Shown here piece after piece: positions 17,084 through 27,100 of a stretch of DNA of 40,306 nt (positions are counted from its first letter, which is position 1; each line of letters starts with the position of its first letter). Under the pieces are notes generated by a model. It was not told the origin of the DNA, did no database searches, and saw only the letters and a list, made by a program, of their open reading frames with translations. The position numbers were made by a program, and so were the translations under genes. This stretch comes from Candidatus Limnocylindrales bacterium (GTDB taxonomy: Bacteria > Chloroflexota > Limnocylindria > Limnocylindrales > CSP1-4): positions 1 to 40,306 of the forward strand of contig JBBSCI010000003.1 in assembly GCA_038250445.1 (NCBI GenBank), written 5' to 3'.

Positions 17084-17977
17084 GTGAGCGCGATCGGCGC
17101 CTGGCTCGCCAAGTTCTTCGCCGCGACCGGTGGTGCCCCGGTGGCCGGTGCGTTGGTCGTCGCCGGCGTCGTCGTGGGCAGCCTGCTCGGGGCCGGAGCC
17201 GGTGGGGTGTTCAATCAGAATGCGCCGATCCCCGGCGCCCTCCAGATCTATCCGTGCCCGAAGGACGGTCCGGCGCTCACCCAGGTCCCGCCCGGCCAGG
17301 AGATGCTCGTGACGGGGCGGAGCGCCGACGGCGCCTGGCTGCGGATCCACTTCCCGAGCCCGGGTCGGAACGAGGCGTGGGTGTCCGCAGCCGCGATCCG
17401 CCTCGTCAAATCGATCGACACCCTGCCGGTCGCCGACTGTCAGCCGGAGGTAGCCCAGCTGATCCAGGGCTCGCCCGGGGCGACGCTCACGATCGTCGGA
17501 AGCTTCGAGCCGACGCCATCGCCAACCCCGTCCCCGACGCCTCCCCCGACGCCCAAGCCGACGCCAAAGCCAACACCGCGCCCGACTCCGCGGCCAACGC
17601 CTCGCCCAACGCCTCGGCCGACGCCGGTCGACACGACCCCACCGACGGTCGCAAACCTGACGCCGACTCCGGCAAAGATCACGACGGACCAGGCTTGTGC
17701 CATCAAGGAAACGGCTACGGTCGTCACGGTCACGGCGAGTGACCCGGAATCCAGGGTCGCATCAGTCCTCCTCACCTGGACCAACGCAGCGACCGGCAGC
17801 TCCGCAGCAAGGGCAATGAAGAAGAACGCCGCTGGGCAGTGGGAGGCCACGATTGACGCCATCAAGGACAAGCTGTCCCCGCCGACGTCGTTCTATTCAA
17901 TCTCGGCCGTGGCAACGAACTTCGCGAAGCTGAAGTCGAAGCCCGCGGCGGCCAGATTCCTGGTCACATGTCAATGA
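17084..17977 (+). CDS. Membrane-anchored SH3-like domain protein with Pro-Thr linker and C-terminal Ig-like domain
   Basis: GTG 17084 with GAGGGAG RBS; N-terminal hydrophobic anchor; 'VPPGQEMLVTGRSADGAWLRIHF....EAWVSA' SH3-like; (PTPK/PTPR)n; 'DTTPPTV...VTVTASDPES.VASVLL.W'. Confidence 0.7.
   Translation: MSAIGAWLAKFFAATGGAPVAGALVVAGVVVGSLLGAGAGGVFNQNAPIPGALQIYPCPKDGPALTQVPPGQEMLVTGRSADGAWLRIHFPSPGRNEAWVSAAAIRLVKSIDTLPVADCQPEVAQLIQGSPGATLTIVGSFEPTPSPTPSPTPPPTPKPTPKPTPRPTPRPTPRPTPRPTPVDTTPPTVANLTPTPAKITTDQACAIKETATVVTVTASDPESRVASVLLTWTNAATGSSAARAMKKNAAGQWEATIDAIKDKLSPPTSFYSISAVATNFAKLKSKPAAARFLVTCQ
17510..17628 (+). repeat. Degenerate 12-bp coding tandem repeat (PTPS/PTPK/PTPR linker)
   Basis: CCGACGCC(N)4-type units encoding PTPSPTPSPTPPPTPKPTPKPTPRPTPRPTPRPTPRPTPV. 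Confidence 0.8.
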
Positions 17978-19857
17978 CGACCCTCGCCGGCATCCTCCCC
18001 AAGCTCGCCGTCTTCCTCGTCGCGACTCTCGTCGGCGGCATCCTGGCCTTCGGCGTGACCTCCGCGCTCAACCGACCGCGGCTGGCCCCGACCGCCGGCA
18101 TCGCGCCCGACTACACGCTCACCTCGGCAGGAACGGTCGCCGCCTTCGACCTGATCGACGCCCAGAAGACGGCGACGGCCGTTTCGGGCCTGCCGGCCGC
18201 CGACCTGGGCGACGCCTCGGCCGCCCTCATCGACGACGAGCCGCCCGCAGGCACGGCCCCCCTCGGCTTCCCGCGGGTCGATCCGGTCAGCCAGTTCGAC
18301 GGCGGCGAGTTCGCGGGAGCGAACTGCACGCTGGCCGCGGGCGCGATGCTGGCTCGTCTCGGTTTCGGCATCGTCACGAGCGGATCGATCCTTCGGACGC
18401 TCCAGTCGGACCAGGTCGGCGGGACCGACATCCACGACCTGCAGCGCGCCGTCTTCCACGGCTACGGCGTCCAGTTCTCGACGGGATCGTTGACCCCGGG
18501 CCATTTGAGGCACCTCCTCGGCGCCGGCTACGGAGCAGTGATCCAGGGCGTGTACGGCCAGATCCCCGAGCAGCTGCGCCTCCAGCCGAGCTTCACCGGC
18601 GGCCACGCGATCTATCTCGACGGCTTCTATCCCGGCAACGGCGACATCCCCGCCGCGTACTACGTCATCGACCCGATTGGTCGCGGCAGCTCGTACCGCG
18701 GCGGGTGGTGGCCGGCGTCGATCGTCGACGCCTTCGGCCTTGCCTTCGGGGGCGGCAATCGGATCCCGGCGGCGTGGGTCTTCCCGCCGGGCGGCGCACC
18801 GCCTCCCATCGTCGTACCGCCGAACGTGCCCCCGCTTCCGCCCGACCCGGGCGACGGATCGTCGGCGAGCCCCGGGTCGTCGTCCGGCCCGAGCCCCAGC
18901 GGCGCCGAGGAACCAGGCACGGTTTCGCCGCCGGAGCCGGAACTCCCGGCCACCATCGACCCCGGGACGATCGGCGGGATCGATCTCGTCCCGTTCCTGA
19001 CGGTCTGCATCGTCAATCCGGCCCTGCCCGAATGCCCGAGCGGCGTCGAGGGCGTCTTCGAGCTGGCTCCACCGATCTTCACGCTGTCGCTCGGACCGGC
19101 GATCAACGTCCGATTCGTTGATTCCGACAGACCGAATGTCGCCCTCATCGGATTCACCGTCGCGAGTCCGGCTCCCGTCGATGTGAAGTTCTGGGAGGCC
19201 GATGGCACGCCTGCGACGGTCCTTGGGCCGACGTCGATGGCGAGCAGGACCGTGGGCGGCGACCCGATGATCGTGGCCGAGCTGCATGTCGTTGCCGCCA
19301 CGAAGTATCACTACCAGGTCGTCGCGGGCGATGGGGCGTTTACCTCGGTCAGCCCGGTCGGGACGTTCACGACCGGCTATGGCGTGCAGCTCTTCGAGGC
19401 GGCTCTCGCAACGGCGACGAGCCCGGTGCTTACCCTCGAGTCGGCACTGTCACCGTTCCTCCACCAGGCCGATGGAGCGCTCGCGCCTCCGCTCCTCCCG
19501 TTGATCGGCGGTGAACGGCCGGCCGCATGCAGCGGCCGCATCCTCGGCTTCGGCACCGAGTCCTACTGCCTCGCGGACATCGGGGCTGTCCAAGCGACGT
19601 GCAACACGGTGAACGTGAGCTATGACCTCGAGGGGGTCGGCGGGAGCGGCGTCCTGATCCGTGCCTTCCCGACGATCACCGGAGCGTCCAGGGACGGATC
19701 GCCGACGCTGACCGGCATCCTCGAGGCCGGCGGACCGCCGGGCTCAGGCGAGGTCGCGATCGGCTGCGTGGCCTCCGGACTGACCTACTCGATCGTCATC
19801 GACGCGCTCGGTGACGCGGACGGCATTCTCGCCGCCCAGACAGTCGTTGTGCCGTAG
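17974..19857 (+). CDS. Membrane-anchored papain-fold (C39-like) cysteine peptidase with C-terminal beta-sandwich domains
   Basis: ATGA overlap at 17974; N-terminal TM; Q...NCTLAAGAM (Gln/Cys), GGHAIYLDG (His), YYVIDP (Asp); Pro-rich linker; Fn3-like 'TKYHYQVVA'. Confidence 0.7.
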   Translation: MTTLAGILPKLAVFLVATLVGGILAFGVTSALNRPRLAPTAGIAPDYTLTSAGTVAAFDLIDAQKTATAVSGLPAADLGDASAALIDDEPPAGTAPLGFPRVDPVSQFDGGEFAGANCTLAAGAMLARLGFGIVTSGSILRTLQSDQVGGTDIHDLQRAVFHGYGVQFSTGSLTPGHLRHLLGAGYGAVIQGVYGQIPEQLRLQPSFTGGHAIYLDGFYPGNGDIPAAYYVIDPIGRGSSYRGGWWPASIVDAFGLAFGGGNRIPAAWVFPPGGAPPPIVVPPNVPPLPPDPGDGSSASPGSSSGPSPSGAEEPGTVSPPEPELPATIDPGTIGGIDLVPFLTVCIVNPALPECPSGVEGVFELAPPIFTLSLGPAINVRFVDSDRPNVALIGFTVASPAPVDVKFWEADGTPATVLGPTSMASRTVGGDPMIVAELHVVAATKYHYQVVAGDGAFTSVSPVGTFTTGYGVQLFEAALATATSPVLTLESALSPFLHQADGALAPPLLPLIGGERPAACSGRILGFGTESYCLADIGAVQATCNTVNVSYDLEGVGGSGVLIRAFPTITGASRDGSPTLTGILEAGGPPGSGEVAIGCVASGLTYSIVIDALGDADGILAAQTVVVP

Positions 19858-19881
19858 GTCTCACCTGCGACACCGACGACG

Positions 19882-20076
19882 TCAGTCGTTCGAATCGCTG
19901 TCCGCGAGGAGCCGCTCCAGCTGCTGGGCTCGATCGTAGAGCGCGTTGCGAGCGTCGTGGAGCCGATCCTCGGCTTCGGCTCTGCCGGGAGCGTCGAGCC
20001 GGAGGGCGTCGACTACCCGTTGCGCCTCGTGCCAGACGGCGAGCAGCTCATCGGTTCCTTCAGGGGTTTCGATCAA
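19882..20076 (-). CDS. Small helical hypothetical protein
   Basis: 64-aa ORF with plausible amphipathic helices filling the intergenic gap; no recognised motif. Confidence 0.4.
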   Translation of the reverse strand: MIETPEGTDELLAVWHEAQRVVDALRLDAPGRAEAEDRLHDARNALYDRAQQLERLLADSDSND

Positions 20077-20193
20077 CGGTAACGCCCTCTCAAACGCTTA
20101 CCGCGGTGCCTTGCGGCACCGTAGTGTACGCCGAATTCAACGCCCCGGACCGCACCGCTCCGAACCATCGTTGGCCGCTAGACTCGGGGGGTC

Positions 20194-21534
20194 GTGACTG
20201 CGCAGCCTGACCCCGAATCTCACCACCGGGTCCTGATCGTCGGTGGCGGCTTCGGCGGGCTCTATGCGGCGCGCCAGCTCGGCAAGGACAAGCGGGTCGA
20301 CGTCACGCTCGTCGACCGGCGCAACTTCCATCTGTTCCAGCCGCTCCTCTACCAGGTCGCGACCGGCGCCCTCGCTCCCGGCGAGATCGCCCAGCCGCTT
20401 CGCTCGATCCTGCGGAAGCGGAAGAACACGACGGTCCTGCTCGGGGAAGCAGTCAGCATCGATCCCGAGCGTCGGGAAGTCGTCCTCTCGGACGGTGGGC
20501 CGATCGGCTACGACTCGCTGATCGTCGCGACCGGTGCGCATTTCTCGTACTTCGACCACGAGGAATGGGCGCGCTTTGCGCCCGGCCTCAAGTCGATCGA
20601 CGACGCGACGGAGATCCGTCGGCGGATCCTCATCGCCTTCGAGGCGGCCGAGCGCGAGGCCGACCCGGCTCGTCGCGAGGCATGGATGACGTTCGTGGTC
20701 GTCGGTGGCGGCCCGACGGGCGTCGAACTGGCCGGCGCCATCGGCGAGATCGCCAATGACACCCTTCGTCGCGACTTCCGCTCGATCGACCCGAGCCAGG
20801 CCCGGATCTACCTCGTCGAGGCGCTCGATCGGATCCTGCCGCCGTACCCGCCGGGTCGATCGGCGTCGGCGAAGCGCCAGCTCGAACACCTCGGCGTCGT
20901 CGTCCGCACGAAGACAAAAGTCATCGACGTCGATGACCGCGGTGTCCGGTTGGCGGCCGGAGACGCGGAGGAGTCGCTGCCGGCGCGGACCGTCCTGTGG
21001 GCCGCCGGCGTTCTCGTCACGTCCTTCGCCATGTCCGTCGCCCAGGCCACCGAGGCCAAGACGGATCGAGCCGGCCGGGTCATCGTCGGGCCCGATCTCA
21101 CGATCCCGGGCCACCCCGATATCTTCGTCGTCGGCGACGCCGCGGTGCAGCCGTGGAAGGAGGGACGCCCGGTTCCGGGCGTAGCCCAGGGCGGGATCCA
21201 GGGCGGAACGTACGCAGCGAAGACGATCCAGCGTCGCCTGTCGGGTGCCGCGACGCCGCCGTTCCGCTACAGCAACCGCGGCGACGTGGCGGTCATCGGT
21301 CGGGCGTCAGGCGTCACCGACATCCCGTGGCTCGGCCCGTTCGGGCAGCAGGGTGGCTTCTTGGCCTGGATGCTCTGGCTCCTGATCCACATCACGTATC
21401 TCATCGGCTTTGCCAACCGGATCGTCGTCGTCACCCGCTGGGGGTGGTCGTTCTTCACCCACGGCCGGGGATCGCGCCTGATCACGGGGACGCCGCTTCT
21501 GCCACCGATCGAGGAGCCCGGGCCGCCGGCCTGA
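20194..21534 (+). CDS. ndh: Type II NADH:quinone oxidoreductase (NDH-2)
   Basis: GGGFGG, '[13 protein letters not shown]', [19 protein letters not shown], 'FRYSNRG', C-terminal amphipathic membrane segment. Confidence 0.93.
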   Translation: MTAQPDPESHHRVLIVGGGFGGLYAARQLGKDKRVDVTLVDRRNFHLFQPLLYQVATGALAPGEIAQPLRSILRKRKNTTVLLGEAVSIDPERREVVLSDGGPIGYDSLIVATGAHFSYFDHEEWARFAPGLKSIDDATEIRRRILIAFEAAEREADPARREAWMTFVVVGGGPTGVELAGAIGEIANDTLRRDFRSIDPSQARIYLVEALDRILPPYPPGRSASAKRQLEHLGVVVRTKTKVIDVDDRGVRLAAGDAEESLPARTVLWAAGVLVTSFAMSVAQATEAKTDRAGRVIVGPDLTIPGHPDIFVVGDAAVQPWKEGRPVPGVAQGGIQGGTYAAKTIQRRLSGAATPPFRYSNRGDVAVIGRASGVTDIPWLGPFGQQGGFLAWMLWLLIHITYLIGFANRIVVVTRWGWSFFTHGRGSRLITGTPLLPPIEEPGPPA

Positions 21535-21551
21535 GGACTATCCTCGTCCGG

Positions 21552-22394
21552 ATGCCAGACGACGGCCGCCAGCCGGGGCGGGAGTACCTCGACTATGCGA
21601 CGTACCTCGATCTCGACGACCTCCTCGCCGCGCAGCGGCCCCTGAGCGATCCGCCGCATCACGACGAGATGCTGTTCATCGTCCAGCACCAGACGACCGA
21701 GCTGTGGTTCAAGCTCATGCTCCACGAGCTGCGTGCGGCAATCGAGTTCGTTCGCCATGACGATCTCGAGAGCTCGTTCAAGATCCTCGCCCGGGTCAAG
21801 CACATCCAGACCCAGCTGCTCAACCAGTGGAGCGTGCTGGCGACCCTGACCCCGACCGAATACGCCCAATTTCGGTACGCGCTCGGACCCGCGAGCGGCT
21901 TCCAGTCGCACCAGAATCGATTGCTCGAGATGGCGCTCGGCAAGCGTGACGCCCGGGTCATCGAGGTCTTCCGGAACGTGCCGCCGATCCGCGAGGAGCT
22001 CGAGGCGGCGCTCCACAGCCCAAGTCTCTACGACGAGTTCCTGCGCTGGCTGGCCCGGCGCGGGATGGCGGTGCCCCGGGAGGTGCTCGAGCGCGATGTG
22101 TCGTTGCCGTACCAGTCCAATCCCGACGTAACGGACGTCATCGTCGCGATCTACGAGCATCCGGAGACCTCGTGGGATGCCTACGAGATGGCCGAGAAGC
22201 TCGTCGACGTCGACGAGACGTACTCGCTCTGGCGATATCGGCACCTGAAGGTCGTGCTCCGCGTCATCGGCACGAAGCGCGGGACCGGCGGCACGGCCGG
22301 TGCGGCCTACCTCCGCGAGATGGTCGATGAGGTCTTCTTCCCCGAGCTGTGGGAGGCGCGGACGGCGCTCCGAGAGCGGCAACCAAGCGACTGA
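21552..22394 (+). CDS. kynA: Tryptophan 2,3-dioxygenase
   Basis: Start ATG 21552; '[31 protein letters not shown]', 'ASGFQS', '[23 protein letters not shown]', 'FFPELW'. Confidence 0.95.
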   Translation: MPDDGRQPGREYLDYATYLDLDDLLAAQRPLSDPPHHDEMLFIVQHQTTELWFKLMLHELRAAIEFVRHDDLESSFKILARVKHIQTQLLNQWSVLATLTPTEYAQFRYALGPASGFQSHQNRLLEMALGKRDARVIEVFRNVPPIREELEAALHSPSLYDEFLRWLARRGMAVPREVLERDVSLPYQSNPDVTDVIVAIYEHPETSWDAYEMAEKLVDVDETYSLWRYRHLKVVLRVIGTKRGTGGTAGAAYLREMVDEVFFPELWEARTALRERQPSD

Positions 22395-22410
22395 GCGGCA
22401 GCCGACCTGG

Positions 22411-22760
22411 CCAAATATTCGCCGGCGGACTCGTAGGTCAGTTGGCCCGGCCCTTCGGCGCAGTCTAGGAGCGCGACCACGCGCAGATCGGCCACCGATT
22501 GTGCTGGTCGAGCTCGTCGCCCGGCCGCGCGACGCCTCGATCGGGCCATAAGAGTCCCGGATGAATGGGTGGCCAGGCCCTTACCGCCGGCGATTTGTGG
22601 AAGATGCCCGCCACCTGAGCGTAAGTCAGGGCGGCTGGCGCGCCGCTCAGAGGTCGCGTGCATGAGCCGCCCGATTGAGCCGCCGAGTTTGTGCCAGATG
22701 TCGTCCTGGCGGGCACATGGGAAGAATTCCTTGACGAACGCTCACCCGGCGGGCATTTGG
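22411..22760. repeat. Degenerate ~30-bp dispersed/inverted repeats in convergent intergenic region
   Basis: ATGCCCGCCacctGAGCGTaaGTCAG (22604, +) versus the reverse complement of 22730-22760 (ccaaATGCCCGCCgggTGAGCGTtcGTCAag); weaker copy at 22411-22441. Confidence 0.5.
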
Positions 22761-22828
22761 CTAAGACTGGTGGGCCGGTGGGCCTGTGGGCCGCGGAGGG
22801 CCGGCCTGGGTCGGGGAACGGAACTCCT

Positions 22829-23956
22829 TCAGAACTCGATCACCGAGCGGACGCCCTGGCCGCGCCGCATCTGATCGAACGCTGCCTCCAACCCGTCGAG
22901 GTCGATCCGTCCGGTCACGAGTCGGTCGAGAGGCAGGCGGCCGTCGAGATGGAGCTGGGCATAGCGCGGGAAGTCGACTGCGGGCACCGCGGAGCCGTAG
23001 TTCGAGCCGACGATCCGCCGGCCGCCGTCGACGAAGGGGAAGACCTCGAACGACGCCCGTGCCCCGAACGGCGTCATGCCGACAAGCAGCGCGGTCCCGC
23101 CGTTCGGCAGGCAGCCGATTGCAATCTCGATCGTCGACAGCAGGCCGATCGCCTCGACGCACACGTCCGGCCCGCCGGCGGTCGCATCGCGGATCGCGGC
23201 CATCGTCGCAGCAGCATCGTTCGCGGCAAGCACGGTGTCGGTTGCGCCAAGTTCCCGGGCGAGGTCCAGCTTCGCCGCGATCCGGTCGACCGCCACGATT
23301 CGCCCCGCGCCGGCGAGAGCGGCGCCCATCACCGCGGAGAGCCCCACGCCGCCCAGGCCGATGACCGCGACGCGCTCGCCGGCCTCGATCGGGACCGTCT
23401 TCGTCACCGCCCCGACGCCCGTCGCCACGCAACAACCGATCAGGGCCGCGACGGCGGCCGGCGTGCCTTCTGGCATCGGGATCGCGGCGACGGCCGGGAC
23501 GACCTGGGCCTCCGCCATCGTCCCGATCGCGCAGTAGCTCAGGACCTCGTCACCGCTCTCGGGCCGGCTGAGTCGGGATGTGCCATCCGGCATCCGGTGG
23601 CTGTACGAAGGCGAGTCGGGGCATTCCCATGTCCGCCCGGCGAGACAGGACCGGCATCGGCCGCACGGGGTCGTCCACGCCAGCGCGACGAGCCGCCCGA
23701 CCCGGAGACCCGTCGCCGTCGCGTCCACGCCCGGGCCGAGCGCGTCGACCACGCCCGCGCCTTCGTGGCCCATCACGATCGGCCCCGGGCGGTCCCACTC
23801 GCCGTCGCGCACGTGCAGGTCTGAGTGGCAGACCCCGGACGCGAGCATCCGAACGCGAATTTCGCCTTCCCGGGGCTCGGCGAGGTCCAGCTCCTCGATG
23901 CGGCTAGAGACGCCCGGCCGATCGAGAACGGCAGCCCGGATCCTGGTCGCTGACAT
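22829..23956 (-). CDS. Zinc-dependent alcohol dehydrogenase (class III-like MDR)
   Basis: Start ATG 23956; GVCHSDLH, GHEGAGVV, CGRCRSC...C structural Zn, IGCCVATGVGA, GLGGVG. Confidence 0.93.
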   Translation of the reverse strand: MSATRIRAAVLDRPGVSSRIEELDLAEPREGEIRVRMLASGVCHSDLHVRDGEWDRPGPIVMGHEGAGVVDALGPGVDATATGLRVGRLVALAWTTPCGRCRSCLAGRTWECPDSPSYSHRMPDGTSRLSRPESGDEVLSYCAIGTMAEAQVVPAVAAIPMPEGTPAAVAALIGCCVATGVGAVTKTVPIEAGERVAVIGLGGVGLSAVMGAALAGAGRIVAVDRIAAKLDLARELGATDTVLAANDAAATMAAIRDATAGGPDVCVEAIGLLSTIEIAIGCLPNGGTALLVGMTPFGARASFEVFPFVDGGRRIVGSNYGSAVPAVDFPRYAQLHLDGRLPLDRLVTGRIDLDGLEAAFDQMRRGQGVRSVIEF

Positions 23957-24111
23957 CCTCGTTCGAGGATAGCCGGGCCCGCCCTGCTGCACGGCCAGCG
24001 CCCGTGTAGTAGAGCCGGATTCCGTGGCGGAAACAGAGACAAATGTGCGACGCGCCCGGAGTAGCATTCGTGGCCGGTCAGCCAGTCGGTCTCGGAGGGA
24101 GGGTCGCGGCA

Positions 24112-27100
24112 ATGGGGCGTCGTCTACTTGCGGCGATTGCCGCGCTGTTTCTCGTTGTCGGACAGGCTGGAACGGCCCTCGGAGCGGCCGCCGCCAACGG
24201 CGGGCAGCCATCGGTCGGCACGTCGGCAGCCGTCGACAAGGGGTTGCTTGCGGCTCTGGATTCCGGGGCCGCCGACCGATTCGTCGTCGAGTTCAGCGCG
24301 AAGCCGAACCTTGGCGGCGCCGCGAAGATCTCCGATCACGCCAGGCGCGGTGCCTACGTCCTCGACACTCTGACTACCAACGCGAGGAAGTCCCAGGCAG
24401 CGGCAATCGCCCTGGCGAAGAAGTCGCAGGCGAAGGCGAAGAGCTACTGGCTCACAAACGTCCTCGTCGTCAAGGGCGATTCGAAGCTCGCGCAGCAATT
24501 CGCCAAGCTCCCAGGCGTCAAGGCCGTTCGGGCGACGAAGCTGTATCCGCTCGTCAAGCCGGTTGAGGAGAAGGCCGCGATCCTCGCGGCCAGCGGCGAT
24601 CCGGAATGGGGCGTCGACAAGATCCGGGCCCCGGAAGCCTGGAACGAGGGAGTCCTCGGCCAGGGCGTCGTCGTCTCGAGCGTCGATACCGGCGTCGATT
24701 TCACCCATCCGGCACTCGTCTCGCAGTACCGGGGCAACCTGGGCGGCGGCGACTTCGACCACAACTACAACTGGTGGGACCCGACGGGAGCCTGCGGCGA
24801 GCCGTGCGACAACGTCGGCCACGGAACCCACACGATGGGGACGATGGTCGGCGGCGACGGGCCCGGCCCGTTCACGCCCGACGTTGGCGTCGCCCCGGGC
24901 GCGCGCTGGATCGCGGCGAAAGGCTGCGAGGACTTCGGCTGCACCGAGGAGTCGCTCCTCTCGGCCGGCCAGTTCATCTTGGCCCCGACCGATCTCAACG
25001 GCGACAATCCCGACCCTTCCAAGCGCCCTGACGTCGTCAACAACTCGTGGGGAGGCGGCCCCGGCGATCCGTTCTACCTCGCGATCGTCCAGGCGTGGCG
25101 CGCAGCCGGGATCATCCCGGTCTTCTCGTCCGGCAACCCCGGCCCCGAGTGCGGCCAGGGCGGCTCGCCAGGTGACTTCACCCAGGCTTTCAGCGCCGGC
25201 GCGACCGACATCGACGACAACATCGCCGACTTCTCCGGCCGCGGCCCCTCGATCTACGGCAAGATCAACCCCGATATCAGCGCCCCGGGTGTGGACGTCA
25301 TCTCGAGCGTCCCCGGCGGCGGCTACGCGTCGTTCTCCGGTACGTCGATGGCCGCCCCGCACACGTCCGGCACGATTGCGCTGATCCTGTCGGCCAAGCC
25401 CGCCCTCATCGGCGACCCGAACAACTACACGCCCATCACCGACGCCGTTCGGAAGACGGCGATCGATCGCATCGATTTGTCATGCGGCGGCGCAGACGAC
25501 GGCGACCCGAACAACGTCTACGGCGATGGCCGGATCGACGCCAAGGCTGCCGTCGACCTCGTCGCGACCGGCGGGACCCTCGCCGGAATCGTGAGAGACG
25601 CAACCACAGGCCATGCGATCGGCGGGGCCCAGGTCACCGCCAGCGGCGGGTTCCGGGACTTCACCGTCACGACGAATGCGGCCGGCCGCTACGAGATGTT
25701 CCTCGCGGCCGGAACGTACGACGTCCATGCCGAGGCCTTCGGGTACGCGGTCAAGCTCGTTACCGGCGTCGTCATCACCACCGATCACACGACCACTCGA
25801 AACTTCAACCTCGTCGCCCTGCCGCGTTACCGAATCAACGGTCACGTCCGGGCAGCCGAGGATGGTTCGCCGCTCGTGCGTGCGGCCGTCGTCGCGATCG
25901 GGACCCCGGTCCCGCCGGCGATCACCGATGCCCAGGGGGCATACCGGCTGACCTTGCCGATCGGGACGTACACGATCCGGGCCTCGGCCGGCGGCTGCAC
26001 GGAGCCGGGCATCGCCGACGGCGTGAAGATCGTCAGGCACAACATCGTCCTCGACTTCACGCTCGCCCGGAAGATCGATCAGTTCGGTCACGGCTGCCGC
26101 GCGCTCATTCCGAACTGGGTCGATGCGACCAATCAGACGGCCCTGTTCGGTGACGACTTCTCCGGACGGCTGCACCTGCCGTTCTCATTCAAGTTCTACG
26201 GCCAGCGCTACGAACAGGTCTTCCTGTCCGACAACGGCTACCTGAACTTCCTCGGCGCCGACAGGGGCAACCCGTTCCCGCTGGCGATCCCGTCCATGGC
26301 CAACCCGAACGCGGCGATCTACGTGCTGTGGCGCGACATGTATGTCGCCGACGACAGCGTCATCGAGTACGCCACACTGGGCTCGCCGGGCAACCGGACG
26401 TTTGTCATCGAGTTCACGAACATCGCCGTGCGCGGAGCGACCGAGTCGATCGACTTCGAGGTCAAGCTCTATGAGGGCGGCGAGACGGTCGACATCCTCT
26501 ACGGCAACAATCCGGCGAACCCGGGTGATGGCCGGGGAGCGACGATCGGCATCGAGAACGCGACCGGCACGGACGCCCTCGAGTTCTCGTTCTCCGACTC
26601 CCTGATCACTCCGAACGCGGCCTATCGCTATCAGATGGTGCAGTCCGGCGTCGTACGCGGCACCGTGACCGACCGCAACGACGGCGAGCCGATCGCGGGC
26701 GCGACCGTCGCGGCGTCGCCCGGACTCGGCTCGACCAAGACGGCCGACGACGGGACCTACAGCCTGCGTCTGTATCCCGGTACGTATCAGCTGACGGTCG
26801 CAGCCACGAACTACGTCACGCGGATCAGCGCGCTGACGCTTGTCAACCACGCCGTGGTGACCCGCAACATCCGCCTCAGCGCCCCGGTCCCGACGATCAA
26901 CGACGACCCGATCGAGGTCAATCTCGACTTCGGGGCGGCTCCGGTGACCAGGACGCTGAACATCGGCAACACCGGCACCGCGAGGCTCCTCTGGGAAGCC
27001 AAGGAGCGGAGCCGCGGCTCGAGCCCGCCGATCATCAGCGTCAACGTCCAGGGCAGCGGCGCCTGGCGGCAGGACGTCAAGCCCGCGATCAGCCTGCCGC

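Noticed and set aside
20103-20120. Hairpin CGGTGCC-TTGC-GGCACCG between divergent genes
   Set aside because: A single short GC stem is plausible by chance at this GC content; no second copy seen.
21552-22394. Kynurenine pathway or biosynthetic cluster
   Set aside because: kynA stands alone; no kynB, kynU or biosynthetic genes are adjacent.
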